From: a virus
Taxonomy: Duplodnaviria; Caudoviricetes
IMG/VR virus record: IMGVR_UViG_3300036766_000708
Coordinates: 1 to 52,227 of that record
DNA length: 52,227 bases
Direction: 5' to 3' (one strand)
In this document: positions 7,010 through 17,100 of the stretch, piece after piece
Position numbering within the stretch: position 1 is the first letter of the stretch
Layout of the letters: every line of letters begins with the position of its first letter
Notes under the pieces: model-generated
Database searches by the model: none
Seen by the model: the letters and a program-made list of their open reading frames with translations, nothing else
What the model was told of the DNA's origin: nothing
Position numbers and translations under genes: made by a program

Positions 7010-9406
7010 ATGGCATCCCCGTTCAAACCTCCGATCTCGCCTCCCGCCAGTCCCAACCCTGGAGCGACATCCGCTCCGGGCGGCACAGGGCCGACACTCC
7101 TGCAAGGCGCGAAGACGTTTACCGATCCGCAGCTGCTCGAAATGTTCACACGATGGAAGCGAGAGAGCTTCGATCAGCGGTGGATTTACGAGCGGCAGTG
7201 GATGCGGAACGTGTTTTACATCCTCAACCGCCAGTGGATCTACTTCGACTCGAAGCGCGGGCAGTGGCAAGATAAGCGGCTCGCCCGTTGGATTCCACGT
7301 CCGGTGACGAACATTCTCAAGGACGGACTCCAAACCGTCCGGGCGAACTTCGCCGCGATCAACTACGGCGCGACCGCTCGACCCGCCAACGCGGACAACA
7401 AGAACGTCGTCACGGCCTCGGTCGCAGATGACTACATGCCGATTCTCTACACCGACCACCAGATGGACGCGGTCTATAACGAGTTTGATTTCTGGATGCT
7501 CGCGTGCGGGAATGCCTGGATGCACACCGCGGTAAATCACGAGCGCAAAAACGGGATGCTGACGATCCGGTACGAGACGTGTTTGACCTGCAAAGGTGGA
7601 CCGTTTTCTGAAGTCGACATCAAAAACGCGGGTCAGAAATGTCCGCAGTGTGGCGCGAATACGTTGATGCCGGCCACGAACCCAGATGGCTCGCCGATGG
7701 AAGACAAGCGGCCGTTGCCGAAGGGCATCACGATCCCGTTGTCGCCGTTCGAGATTGCGTACCCGCTCGTGTACGAACGCTACGATCTTGCGCCCTACAC
7801 GATTCGGATGCGGTGGAGAGACAAGTCGTACTATGAACAGAACGGTGATCTGTCGCAGTACGTCAATCAAGTGCCCTGGTCGAAATCGCCCGCGGAACGG
7901 ACGATGCAGATTTTCAAGTCCCTCCCGTTCCAGAACGATCTCGGGGTGTCCGCTCCGTTCTTCGGCGGCGGCGGTACCAACACGGAAGCGGAGGGCGTGG
8001 TTGAGTACGACGTGTGGGTCAAACCCTGCGACGACTTCCCGGATGGACAGGTGATTCGGTTTGCCGGCGATCAAAATCCGATCGTCATTCATTCCGAGCA
8101 AGAATCACTGCCGGGACCACTCCCGTACCACTCGGGCGACGGCAATCCGATCTTCACCTTCCATCATGCGCGGTATGAGCATGTTGGCGGACGGTCCCTC
8201 GGCTCTGCGTTGATCGATCCCGGCGTGCAGAAGCAGGATCAACTCAATCAGCTCGATTCCCACATGCTGATGATCATCGGCCGCATGGCGAATCCGGTGT
8301 GGTTGGAACCAAAGGGCGCGGAGGTCGAGAAGTTCACGGGCGAGCCGGGGTTGGTCGTCAAGTGGAATCCACTGGTGGCCGGCGGCAACGCGAAACCGGA
8401 GCGCATCCCCGGTGAAGGGATCAACGCGTCGGTGTTTCAGTACCGCCAGATCATCAAGGACGAGGCACAAGACTTGATGGGCACGTACGACATTCTCAAG
8501 GGTCAGAAACCCGCGGGTGTCGAAGCGTATGCGGCGTTGAATCTGCTGCTCGAACGTGGACAGGCGAAACACGCAAGTGCGTTCAAGGAACGAGCCGCGG
8601 TCCATCGTGCCTGGGCGGGCGACGCGTTGTCGATTGAGCAAGAGTTCGGCGACGAGACGAAGATTCGGGCGCGCATGATGCCGAATCGGTCATGGGCGTT
8701 CGATGAGTTCAAGCGGGCGGACTTGAAAGGGTCGGTCGAGATCATCATCGAGGACGGCACGACCACACCGAAAACGAATTTGGGTGAACGTGCCTCGATC
8801 GATCACTTGAATTCTCTCGGGCTGATCGATCCCACCGACGAAGATCAGAAGCGGAAGATTTTCGAGAAGTTTGGCGAATCCGAACTGTTGCCGGAGATCG
8901 ACGCGCAAGTGCAGGAAGCGTGGATGAATATGGACGCGTTCGAGACGTTCTTGAAGGATCCCAACGCGATTGCGTCCGCGGCCGGCGCGGGGATCTCGCC
9001 CCTGCGGTACAAACGCTGGTATAACCCGGCGATCCACCGCAAGGAACTGATCAAGTGGGCGCTCAGTGACCGCGGGCGGGAAGTGTTCAAGGGGTCCCCG
9101 GCGGCGGAAGGGCTGGTGGACGCGTACCTGACGGAAATCGACGTCGCGCTCGGGCAAGCCCAAATGGGCATTATCGACGCGGCGGGTGTCATTATCGATA
9201 CAAAAGGCGGGCAACCCCCGCCTGGACAAGGGAATCCAGCTCTGCAGGGTGGTGGTACCGGTACCCCCGGCGGCGGAAAACCGGGTGCGCCCCCGAATCA
9301 ACAGGGAGCGGCCGGTCGAGGGTCCGCAATGGGCAACTCGAACGCGAATGCGGGTGGAGTAGCTGCCGCGAACCCGGCACAACCTCAAACAGTAGTGAAT
9401 CAGTGA
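7010..9406 (+). CDS. Portal protein (P22-like)
   Basis: 798 aa after TerL; QDQLNQLDS...MANPVW portal-type motif; Gly/Gln-rich tail. Confidence 0.9.
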   Translation: MASPFKPPISPPASPNPGATSAPGGTGPTLLQGAKTFTDPQLLEMFTRWKRESFDQRWIYERQWMRNVFYILNRQWIYFDSKRGQWQDKRLARWIPRPVTNILKDGLQTVRANFAAINYGATARPANADNKNVVTASVADDYMPILYTDHQMDAVYNEFDFWMLACGNAWMHTAVNHERKNGMLTIRYETCLTCKGGPFSEVDIKNAGQKCPQCGANTLMPATNPDGSPMEDKRPLPKGITIPLSPFEIAYPLVYERYDLAPYTIRMRWRDKSYYEQNGDLSQYVNQVPWSKSPAERTMQIFKSLPFQNDLGVSAPFFGGGGTNTEAEGVVEYDVWVKPCDDFPDGQVIRFAGDQNPIVIHSEQESLPGPLPYHSGDGNPIFTFHHARYEHVGGRSLGSALIDPGVQKQDQLNQLDSHMLMIIGRMANPVWLEPKGAEVEKFTGEPGLVVKWNPLVAGGNAKPERIPGEGINASVFQYRQIIKDEAQDLMGTYDILKGQKPAGVEAYAALNLLLERGQAKHASAFKERAAVHRAWAGDALSIEQEFGDETKIRARMMPNRSWAFDEFKRADLKGSVEIIIEDGTTTPKTNLGERASIDHLNSLGLIDPTDEDQKRKIFEKFGESELLPEIDAQVQEAWMNMDAFETFLKDPNAIASAAGAGISPLRYKRWYNPAIHRKELIKWALSDRGREVFKGSPAAEGLVDAYLTEIDVALGQAQMGIIDAAGVIIDTKGGQPPPGQGNPALQGGGTGTPGGGKPGAPPNQQGAAGRGSAMGNSNANAGGVAAANPAQPQTVVNQ

Positions 9407-9445
9407 AAGAAAGTACTTGCAGGACGGCAATATCAGTGCCACACT
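9394..9445. promoter_or_regulatory. Regulatory site upstream of scaffold/capsid genes
   Basis: AGTGAATCAGTGA; + strand TTGCAG-17-CACACT with TG; - strand TGGCACTGATATTGCC at 9426-9441. Confidence 0.5.
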
Positions 9446-9532
9446 GAGCGCCGGTAGACGTTCATGCAAGAAATCGGCCACATCATCAGCCAAACGACAC
9501 GCGGCCCTCACCCGCGATAACAAAGGAACGGT

Positions 9533-10441
9533 ATGGCTCTCGACGACACCACAGGAACAGGAACAGGAACATCAGGTACCTCGACGGCGAGTGGTACGAC
9601 CACACCAGCCGCCAGTACCGCAGCCTCCGGCGCGGCCGGCACTCCAAATCCATCGGGCGATCCAGGTACTGCGCGAACCGGCGCGGCTGCATCCGGGTTT
9701 ACATACCAGGAAGACCGATCGAAGTGGATCCCGCCACACCGATTGACCGAAGTTTCTCAGAAGCAGCAAACCGCGGAACAGCGCGCGACGACACTCAGCA
9801 CCGAACTCGAACAGGCGAAACAGCGCATTGCGGCGCTTGCGGGTGTGAATCCTCAAGATCCGCAAGCGATGAAATCGCAACAGGTCAAGGACGCCTTCGA
9901 GGCCATGTTCCCGCATCTGAAGCCGTTGCTCTCCATGACGGCGGAACAGATCGAAGCCCTGACGAAGACCCCCGAAGCGACACAGCGTCAGTCGCAGGCG
10001 GAATTGCGTCAGTGGCAACGACATGGCAATCAGCAGATGACGGCCGTCTACACCGACGTCGCCGAGTCGATGGGCATCGACAAGCTGGATGATGATCAGA
10101 AAGCCGATCTGAAAGACAGCTTCACGTCCTGGCTGAAGAACAAAGCCAACGCGGAATTACAAGCCAGCGGTGGTCAGGATTCCGCGACGATCACCCGGTA
10201 CGAGGAAGGTGACGCGGCCCTATTGAAAGAGTTCGTGACGTCGTATACGAAACGCTGGGTGGAGCCCGCACGCCGGACCGCGACCGCCAATACATTCCCT
10301 CGAACACGAGCGGTACCGAGTTCAACCGGCCGCACGCAAGTGACGACCGTCGAACGACCGGCCGTGTTTAAGACACTCGACGAACGAATGGACTATGCCG
10401 CGAAGCTCGCACGAGAACGCGGCGTCCAGTTCGGCTCGTAA
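9533..10441 (+). CDS. Capsid scaffolding protein
   Basis: Low-complexity N-terminus, IPPHRLTEV motif, coiled coil; between portal and capsid. Confidence 0.8.
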   Translation: MALDDTTGTGTGTSGTSTASGTTTPAASTAASGAAGTPNPSGDPGTARTGAAASGFTYQEDRSKWIPPHRLTEVSQKQQTAEQRATTLSTELEQAKQRIAALAGVNPQDPQAMKSQQVKDAFEAMFPHLKPLLSMTAEQIEALTKTPEATQRQSQAELRQWQRHGNQQMTAVYTDVAESMGIDKLDDDQKADLKDSFTSWLKNKANAELQASGGQDSATITRYEEGDAALLKEFVTSYTKRWVEPARRTATANTFPRTRAVPSSTGRTQVTTVERPAVFKTLDERMDYAAKLARERGVQFGS

Positions 10442-10459
10442 CAAAAGGATAGGACGATC

Positions 10460-11839
10460 ATGCGCGCATTTCTTCTTCACGATCTGATGACCCACGCCGG
10501 TACCGAGGCCGGCCTGCTGTTCGTCGGCGCGGACAGTACGGCGGTGTTCGGGCTCTACAAGGATGTCTTCGAGGAAGGCATCGCGGAGGGTGTGAACAAC
10601 AGTAATCCGCTCGGCGACATCTTCAAGCCGGTCAAGGTGGATTACAAGGGCGGCAAGGGCCACACTTTCGAGGCACACGTCGGACGCAACCCGTCGCCCA
10701 TGTTCGTCGCCGAGGATGGGGCATTTGCCGGCGCGGGCGCTCAGCGGCACATCAACGGGACGGTACATGTCCGCAAGATGATGGCGCGGCTCCGTCTCAC
10801 ACAGGAAGCGATGGATGACAGCGTGTCGTCCGAAGCGTCGTGGAAGTCCGCGAAGAAAGACGAGATGACGCGGATCATCGACGACATCGCCAAGCGGGAA
10901 GAGTTCGCGCTCTCCACGGACGGCAAGGGCGTGTTCTGTCTCCTGTCGGGCGATCCGGGTACCTCGTCCACCACGATTGAAGTGGACAGTCCGGGCAACA
11001 TCGCAGGTACCTCCTTCGGCAACCGATTCTTGCAAAAGGGCATGTATCTGGCCGCGATCAATCCGGCGGATGGTTCTGTCCGTGCGGGTATCTCGAAGGT
11101 CGTCGACATCAACGAAGACGGGACCGACTACACGGCGGCAGCGGTGACAGACACGGCGTGGGCGGACAACGATTACCTCGTGCAAGCGGCGAACGCGTCA
11201 GTCACGGACATCCTCGATACCGCCTACGAAAAGGCGTATTACGGTCTGCCCGCGCTGGTCGACGACGGCACGAACAAGGCCAACTACTTCGAGATCCAGC
11301 GGTCGCTGGCTCCGTCGTACAAGTCGTATGTGGTCAGCTCGGCCGGCGCGCTCGCGACTGATGCCATGCAGCGGACGGCGGACGTGCTGTACCAGAAACT
11401 CGGCGGCGAGGTTACGCGTCTCTTGATGCACCCCTCGGTGCGACGCGAGTTCCTGAAGTTGACGGAAGCCGATCGGCGCTATGCCCCGGCGTCCAGCGAC
11501 AAGAAACAGAGTGACCCTGGTACCGTCGCGTTCAAGAAACCCGGCGGCGACGTGTCGATGGGTGAGGTACCCGTCACCCCGATTCGGACCCTCGGACTCG
11601 ATCAGGTGTACTTCCTCGACGAGACGCGGATGGGCGCGAAGCAGTACGTCGCGGAGCCGGGACGATTTGTCGACGAAGACGGATCGATTCTCGTCCGCGA
11701 CGGCGTCGGTGATTCCGCCCGTCACGCGTTCGAAGCGTGGTGGTTCGCGCGGAAGCAGAACTTCGTGGGCAATCCCGCGGTCTGTGCCAGATGGGATGGG
11801 GTCACTGGACAAACTTTGGTGATTGTTCCAGAGCTTTAG
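10460..11839 (+). CDS. Major capsid protein
   Basis: 459 aa after scaffold; HK97/P22-type size and position. Confidence 0.9.
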   Translation: MRAFLLHDLMTHAGTEAGLLFVGADSTAVFGLYKDVFEEGIAEGVNNSNPLGDIFKPVKVDYKGGKGHTFEAHVGRNPSPMFVAEDGAFAGAGAQRHINGTVHVRKMMARLRLTQEAMDDSVSSEASWKSAKKDEMTRIIDDIAKREEFALSTDGKGVFCLLSGDPGTSSTTIEVDSPGNIAGTSFGNRFLQKGMYLAAINPADGSVRAGISKVVDINEDGTDYTAAAVTDTAWADNDYLVQAANASVTDILDTAYEKAYYGLPALVDDGTNKANYFEIQRSLAPSYKSYVVSSAGALATDAMQRTADVLYQKLGGEVTRLLMHPSVRREFLKLTEADRRYAPASSDKKQSDPGTVAFKKPGGDVSMGEVPVTPIRTLGLDQVYFLDETRMGAKQYVAEPGRFVDEDGSILVRDGVGDSARHAFEAWWFARKQNFVGNPAVCARWDGVTGQTLVIVPEL

Positions 11840-11874
11840 TTCTTGATTCTGCGTTCAGCGTAATCGTCGTTATG

Positions 11875-11908
11875 GCCCGTAGCGTTCATACATCTGAACG
11901 CTACGGGC
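11875..11908 (+). terminator. Perfect 14-bp stem-loop after capsid gene
   Basis: GCCCGTAGCGTTCA-TACATC-TGAACGCTACGGGC; no U-tract, so may be an mRNA stabiliser. Confidence 0.6.
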
Positions 11909-11941
11909 TGTGCGATCGGGGGAACTAGAGGAGGTTCAAAC

Positions 11942-12382
11942 ATGGGTGTATTGGGGCATTTCAAAGAATCGGCGGTCGTTCACAATCGCACCCTCGGCGC
12001 GGGTGCGTTTGAGCGCATTCTCAGTGTCCGCTACGACGGCGAAGACATCAATCTCGTACCGGGACCGAACGTGCTCCCGAAGGTCGCGATTCCGTACGCG
12101 ATCAAGCAAAACCCGCTGATGGGGTCGAAGCATCCCGTGGACCCGCGGAAGTTCATTTCGCTGGTGGGCGTGGAAGGGTCGAAGAATTACCCGATCACCC
12201 CCATTCCCGAGTCGGTCCTGGCGAAAGCGGCGCAGGCGCTTGAAGTCGTCGATCGTGATGGATCGTTCTACGGGGAGCCGATGGAAGCTCGGAAGCTGTT
12301 GAAGCGGACGCCGTACAGCGCGTACGAAGCGTCGGTGGAAGCGGGGTCGGGCACCGAATTCGACACGAGTCACAACGTCTAA
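11942..12382 (+). CDS. Hypothetical protein (head module)
   Basis: GAGGAGGT RBS. Confidence 0.8.
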   Translation: MGVLGHFKESAVVHNRTLGAGAFERILSVRYDGEDINLVPGPNVLPKVAIPYAIKQNPLMGSKHPVDPRKFISLVGVEGSKNYPITPIPESVLAKAAQALEVVDRDGSFYGEPMEARKLLKRTPYSAYEASVEAGSGTEFDTSHNV

Positions 12383-12386
12383 GGAC

Positions 12387-12989
12387 ATGCAGGTACTCGA
12401 CACCTCCGTCGCGATGTCCTTCGGGAATTGGATCCCCGACATCAACCGGAACAACCTTCCGAAGCCGCCGGCATGGTTCCTCAAACGGTTGTGGGACCAG
12501 GATCCGGGGTTGGTCATCGTGCCGGCGCGGACAGCAAGGAAGTACCTCCTGGCGCGACGCCGGGACCGCTCACTCGCCGTCCCCATGATCGTCGAGAACT
12601 TGAAAACGGCCGCGATCAAGAAACACGCGCGGGTCATGTACTCGGATGGCGATCTCCTGGCGTCGCTCAAGCTCGTCGCCGTCGACACCATCGTCGGGAA
12701 CTTCCACACGGGCTGGGCGGGCGCGGACGCGATCATCGCCGACCTTCGCGATCGGGATATGTGGGCGGATGGGGGAGTCGACGCGTATATCGCGCGAGTC
12801 GAAGCGAAGGAAGAACAGACCCGACTCGACCAACGCAAGAAATTCCTCGACGACGTGGATCACCGGGCGTCGGACGCCTATCGATCGTACAAAGCGCGAA
12901 CGGGACAGCGTAACCATACAGCGAAAAACATCCCTGTACGGCAATCGTCCCCCTCTAGTCGTACCGACGGCGTCATCATCACTGGATGA
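12387..12989 (+). CDS. Hypothetical protein
   Basis: AAGGA RBS, operon packing. Confidence 0.8.
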   Translation: MQVLDTSVAMSFGNWIPDINRNNLPKPPAWFLKRLWDQDPGLVIVPARTARKYLLARRRDRSLAVPMIVENLKTAAIKKHARVMYSDGDLLASLKLVAVDTIVGNFHTGWAGADAIIADLRDRDMWADGGVDAYIARVEAKEEQTRLDQRKKFLDDVDHRASDAYRSYKARTGQRNHTAKNIPVRQSSPSSRTDGVIITG

Positions 12990-13019
12990 CACCGCGGGCG
13001 AGGGTAGGTAGGTTTCATC

Positions 13020-13520
13020 ATGGCTGCTTTTGCTTTTGAAAATGCGAACAAGGTGTGGGGTCGTGTCAACATCGCGCTGGTCAATGCGTCCCCGGCCACG
13101 AAGAAAGTCTTTCAGGCGTTGAAGCTGCATCTGTCGACGCAGAAGGGCAACCCGGACTTGCAGTTTCTCCCGTTCATCAACACGTCGATCGATGATGCGG
13201 GTGGACAGGTGCTCGCGACAGGTGCGGCGCGCATTCTCGCGATCTGGGGCGTCAAGCCGGCGACGGCGACGGACGTCTATCTTGTCGCGTTCGACGATGC
13301 GACCGACGATGCGGGCGCGGGTACGGACGGCCGTGTCGTGCTGCCGTTCCTCGAATCCGTCGCGGCTCCCAACGAGCGCGAGGAAGAGGTGTTCATCAGT
13401 CCACGTGGCGTGGTCCTCGCGGCCGGTCTGGTCATGAAGGCGTACACCGATTTCGACGGGACGACCGACTCGACCGACACCGACTGTCCGTCCGGCTTCG
13501 TGCTCGTCAAGGGCGCGTAA
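13020..13520 (+). CDS. Putative virion structural protein
   Basis: Ala/Thr/Asp-rich beta protein in head module. Confidence 0.7.
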   Translation: MAAFAFENANKVWGRVNIALVNASPATKKVFQALKLHLSTQKGNPDLQFLPFINTSIDDAGGQVLATGAARILAIWGVKPATATDVYLVAFDDATDDAGAGTDGRVVLPFLESVAAPNEREEEVFISPRGVVLAAGLVMKAYTDFDGTTDSTDTDCPSGFVLVKGA

Positions 13521-13535
13521 GTTCGTTCACTCACT

Positions 13536-13572
13536 GGAAGGGGTCCGGCGGAAGCCTCCCCTTCCCTCTTTT
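13536..13572 (+). terminator. Putative intrinsic terminator
   Basis: GGAAGGGG..GGC-GGAA-GCC..CCCCTTCC followed by CTCTTTT. Confidence 0.55.
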
Positions 13573-13592
13573 CAAAGAGAAGGATCTTCCTC

Positions 13593-14261
13593 ATGGCAAC
13601 TCGTTTCATTCATCGTGGCCCGGCCAACCCCAATACAGGGCCGGCGCTTCCGACCGCAGCTCCCATTTACGTCGATTCCGACGACAACAAACTGAAATTC
13701 GTACCGGCTGGATCGGGCACGACTGAAATTGAAGTCGTCGATGCGTCCAGTACCCAGACGCTCACCAACAAGACGCTGACCGCTCCGACGTTGACAGCTC
13801 CGGTCATTACGGGCGCGTTGACCGTCGCAGCAGGAGCGGTACTCACATCGCCGAGCCTTGTCACACCAACGGTGCAAGATTTGACCGAAGTGGTCGCGGC
13901 GACGAATATTATTACGGCCGCTGAAACAGGGTCCGTTTTCTTCCTGGCTCACGCAACGGAGTTCGTGTCAACGCTTCCTGCTGTTGCGGCAGGGCTGCAT
14001 TTCACGTTCATCGTCGGGCTGGCCCCATCCGGCGCGAGTTACACGATTGTTGGCGCGTCGGGCACGCCGATTGTCGGGCATGTGCTTTCGACCGACGTGA
14101 ACTCGGCCACTGATCCCGATTTTGAAGTGACGGGCGTGTTGACAATTACCATCGTGAACAGCAAGGCAGTCAAGGGCGACATGGTGGAGCTATGGTGCGA
14201 CGGCACGAACTGGTATGCCACGGCCAAATGTTCGGTGTTTGACGCGATCACGTTCTCGTAA
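13593..14261 (+). CDS. Putative capsid fibre/decoration protein
   Basis: TQTLTNKTLTAPTLTAP fibre motif; TLPAVAAGLHFTF domain. Confidence 0.65.
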   Translation: MATRFIHRGPANPNTGPALPTAAPIYVDSDDNKLKFVPAGSGTTEIEVVDASSTQTLTNKTLTAPTLTAPVITGALTVAAGAVLTSPSLVTPTVQDLTEVVAATNIITAAETGSVFFLAHATEFVSTLPAVAAGLHFTFIVGLAPSGASYTIVGASGTPIVGHVLSTDVNSATDPDFEVTGVLTITIVNSKAVKGDMVELWCDGTNWYATAKCSVFDAITFS

Positions 14262-14294
14262 ATCGTAAACACGTTCGGCAGGAGGATACGAACC

Positions 14295-14480
14295 GTGATC
14301 ACGAAAGAACTGCTGCACGCGAAGCTCGCCGATCTTGAACAGAGTCAACGGCAAGACATCGCCAACGCCAACGCGAAGGGCGGGGCGATCATGGTCCTCA
14401 AGGAAATGATCGCGAGCTGGGATGCCCCGGCGGAAATGATCGGCCCGGTGGGGCCAGTACCAGGACAGACGGAAGGGTAA
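14295..14480 (+). CDS. Small coiled-coil protein
   Basis: AGGAGGA RBS. Confidence 0.7.
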   Translation: MITKELLHAKLADLEQSQRQDIANANAKGGAIMVLKEMIASWDAPAEMIGPVGPVPGQTEG

Positions 14481-14482
14481 TC

Positions 14483-14899
14483 ATGGCTTCAGGTGGAGAC
14501 ATTCTCGTCGTTCAAAAAGACTCTGAACGGCCCTTTGCTGCGGATACGGATCTGGAAGGAACCACGGGCGGCACGGTCACACTCGCCGCGGCTCGGACGA
14601 ACTTCCAGATTTACGTGCAGAAGATCGTCTTGTCGATCGTCACGCATGTGAACGCGAAGATCGTTACGTTCCAGGATAGTACCCCGTTGCAGTTGGCCGC
14701 GCACACCGATGCAACAGCCGCGGCGGGGGTCCCGTCAGTTGTGGCCTGGGACTTTGGGCCGCACGGCGCACCGCTGGCCGTCGACAAGGCATTCACGGTG
14801 ACGAATCCGGCGTCTGGGTGTGTTGGCCGGGTCCACGTCGAGGGGTACTACAAACCGGGCCGGACGCTCAATACCGGCATGGTGAACAGTCAACTCTAA
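14483..14899 (+). CDS. Putative virion protein
   Basis: Beta-rich; operon packing. Confidence 0.7.
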   Translation: MASGGDILVVQKDSERPFAADTDLEGTTGGTVTLAAARTNFQIYVQKIVLSIVTHVNAKIVTFQDSTPLQLAAHTDATAAAGVPSVVAWDFGPHGAPLAVDKAFTVTNPASGCVGRVHVEGYYKPGRTLNTGMVNSQL

Positions 14900-15609
14900 T
14901 GGCGGCAACTACGGTCGCATCACTGCTGTCTCAAGCTCGGAAGCAACTGCGGGAACTTTCCGCGCGGTTCTGGGCGGATGATGAGCTGACGGAGATCATG
15001 CAGAACGGAGTGACGGACTTGTGGGGCGCGATCCTGGATGTTCATGGAGAACATTACCTCACGAGAAGTACCGCGCCGATTCTGCGCGCGGGTGATGACA
15101 AGATTTCCAACATGCCGGAGGATTGCTTCCGGGTGTTGGGAATTGAGCCGGCGGTACTCACGTCGGACGGGTCCGGCCGGCTGTTCAAGTTCTTCCCGCG
15201 CAAGTACACGCATCCGGAGTTCGCATTCGCCCGGTCCCTCACCGCGCAGGACCAGGGGATCGGCGGCATCATCTACTACCACGCGAGCGGGGCGGGATGG
15301 CCGGTCGACACGATGCAGATTTTGACCGCGCCGATCTTGTCGGCGGATCTTGCCCTCCGGATCATCTACAACCCCGGAATTACCCTCGGCAATGTCAACC
15401 CGATTCCGGGCGGGTCGGATAACGCGTTGAAAGCGTGGACGATTGCCTACGCGCGCGCGAAAGAGAACGAGACACAGACGCCGGACGCCGGCTGGTTGGC
15501 GATCTACGGCACGGAAAAGCAACTGATCCTCACCCGGATTACTCCGCGACAGGAACAAGAACCGGAAGTCGTCGAGGATTTCTTTGGTGGGATGGGGAGT
15601 AGCTACTAA
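14899..15609 (+). CDS. Head-tail adaptor protein
   Basis: TVASLLSQARKQL...FWADDELTEIMQ N-terminus typical of podovirus adaptors; TAATG coupling. Confidence 0.7.
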   Translation: MAATTVASLLSQARKQLRELSARFWADDELTEIMQNGVTDLWGAILDVHGEHYLTRSTAPILRAGDDKISNMPEDCFRVLGIEPAVLTSDGSGRLFKFFPRKYTHPEFAFARSLTAQDQGIGGIIYYHASGAGWPVDTMQILTAPILSADLALRIIYNPGITLGNVNPIPGGSDNALKAWTIAYARAKENETQTPDAGWLAIYGTEKQLILTRITPRQEQEPEVVEDFFGGMGSSY

Positions 15610-16697
15610 TGTCACGCATTGCAATCTTCCTGGTTCTGCTGTTGGCGCTCGCGGCTAATGCGTTCGCACAAGCGCCGGTCATCATCGGCGGCGGCTCGCC
15701 CGCGGAAATCGTGTTGATGGTCAACGGCAACGTGTATCTCCGGATCGCCGCAGACGGGTCCATCAAAACCGAAAACGGCGCGCGGTTCACGATTGGGTCA
15801 ACAGGTACCTCCGGACAGTTCACGACGGAGGATCCACCGAACAGCTTTCCGACTGCGACGCTGAATGAAACGCTTCTGAAGAACGACTTGTCCGGGGCAG
15901 GGGTACTTGCGGTCAAGAACAGCAACGTCGCCGGATACAGCGCCTACACCGCGCGCGCGTCGACCGGACATGAAGTGTTCGCGTTCGGGTACGGCAATGC
16001 CAGCGTTGGGCCGGCGATCTTCCAGGATGCGAACTACATCGAGACATGGTCCGGGGTGAGTACCGCTGCGGCTCCGAAACGGCTGGTCTTCGCGGCGGAC
16101 GGGAACTATGGATCGGTGGGCTCGAATTTCCGATTCTATCAACGGCAGTCGATCGAGACAGACGGCGGGGTCAAGTGGTGGAAGCTGATTCCATCCGGTA
16201 CCTCGCAAGTGGAAACGATGTCGCTGTTGCCGAATGGCGGACTCGGGATCGGGCTGGCGACGCCGATCACGATGCTCCACCTTAAGACGCAGAACGCGCT
16301 GCAAGCCGCGGTCACGATCGATGAATACAGCCTATCCCCGGCGGTCATCGGCCGTAAAGCAAACGGCGGTGTCGACAGTGCGACGGCCGCGGTCAACACG
16401 AATACGCTGCTCTCTCTCGCGGCATACGGGTACGAGTCGGCGGCGTTTGCGACGGTATCCGCGGCGGTGATTAACGCGGTTGCCACGGAAACGCATTCAT
16501 CGACCGCGCACGGGTCCCGTTTCGATTTCCTCGTGACGCCAGACACATCGACCACGAAAGCCGTGCAAATGAGCATTCGCCCGACTCAGTGGATTGTCGG
16601 ATCGATGGTGACGCCGGCTTCGTCGGGGACGCGGTATCTCTGCATCAGTACCGCGGGCGTGATCACATCGTCCGCTTCGGCTTGCTCCGGCACATAA
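15609..16697 (+). CDS. Tail fibre-like protein with N-terminal signal-peptide-like sequence
   Basis: MSRIAIFLVLLLALAANAFA|Q; GGLGIGLATPITMLHL fibre motif. Confidence 0.65.
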   Translation: MSRIAIFLVLLLALAANAFAQAPVIIGGGSPAEIVLMVNGNVYLRIAADGSIKTENGARFTIGSTGTSGQFTTEDPPNSFPTATLNETLLKNDLSGAGVLAVKNSNVAGYSAYTARASTGHEVFAFGYGNASVGPAIFQDANYIETWSGVSTAAAPKRLVFAADGNYGSVGSNFRFYQRQSIETDGGVKWWKLIPSGTSQVETMSLLPNGGLGIGLATPITMLHLKTQNALQAAVTIDEYSLSPAVIGRKANGGVDSATAAVNTNTLLSLAAYGYESAAFATVSAAVINAVATETHSSTAHGSRFDFLVTPDTSTTKAVQMSIRPTQWIVGSMVTPASSGTRYLCISTAGVITSSASACSGT

Positions 16698-16708
16698 GGA
16701 CACGATCC

Positions 16709-17098
16709 ATGTCTGAATCACAGAACAACCTCACCCTCCTCGTCAACCAACAGGACGCGGACGGCGCGAACGTGGTGAATCGATCGATCGGTGCGATCGG
16801 CTACGCGGGTTTGGCCGGCGAGTTCCACACCGGGAAGCTGATTGATGCCAGCCTGCACGCGCTCGACCTGCCGACCGTGAACATCTTGCAGTTTGTGTTC
16901 CACAACACCCACGCGACAGCGGTCATCACCATCACGGGTACTGTTCAAGGTGGTGCATCGCAAACCATCGCGAAAGTCCAACCCGGCGGCGTGTTTGCGA
17001 ACTGGTGTGCGAGTACCAGTGCAACGGCCGGATACACCGCGTTGGGCGTCCAGTCCGACATCGCGAACGCCACGTTTGAAATGTTCTTGGGCGGCTAA
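16709..17098 (+). CDS. Putative virion protein
   Basis: AAGGA RBS before ATG 16709. Confidence 0.7.
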   Translation: MSESQNNLTLLVNQQDADGANVVNRSIGAIGYAGLAGEFHTGKLIDASLHALDLPTVNILQFVFHNTHATAVITITGTVQGGASQTIAKVQPGGVFANWCASTSATAGYTALGVQSDIANATFEMFLGG

Positions 17099-17100
17099 TC

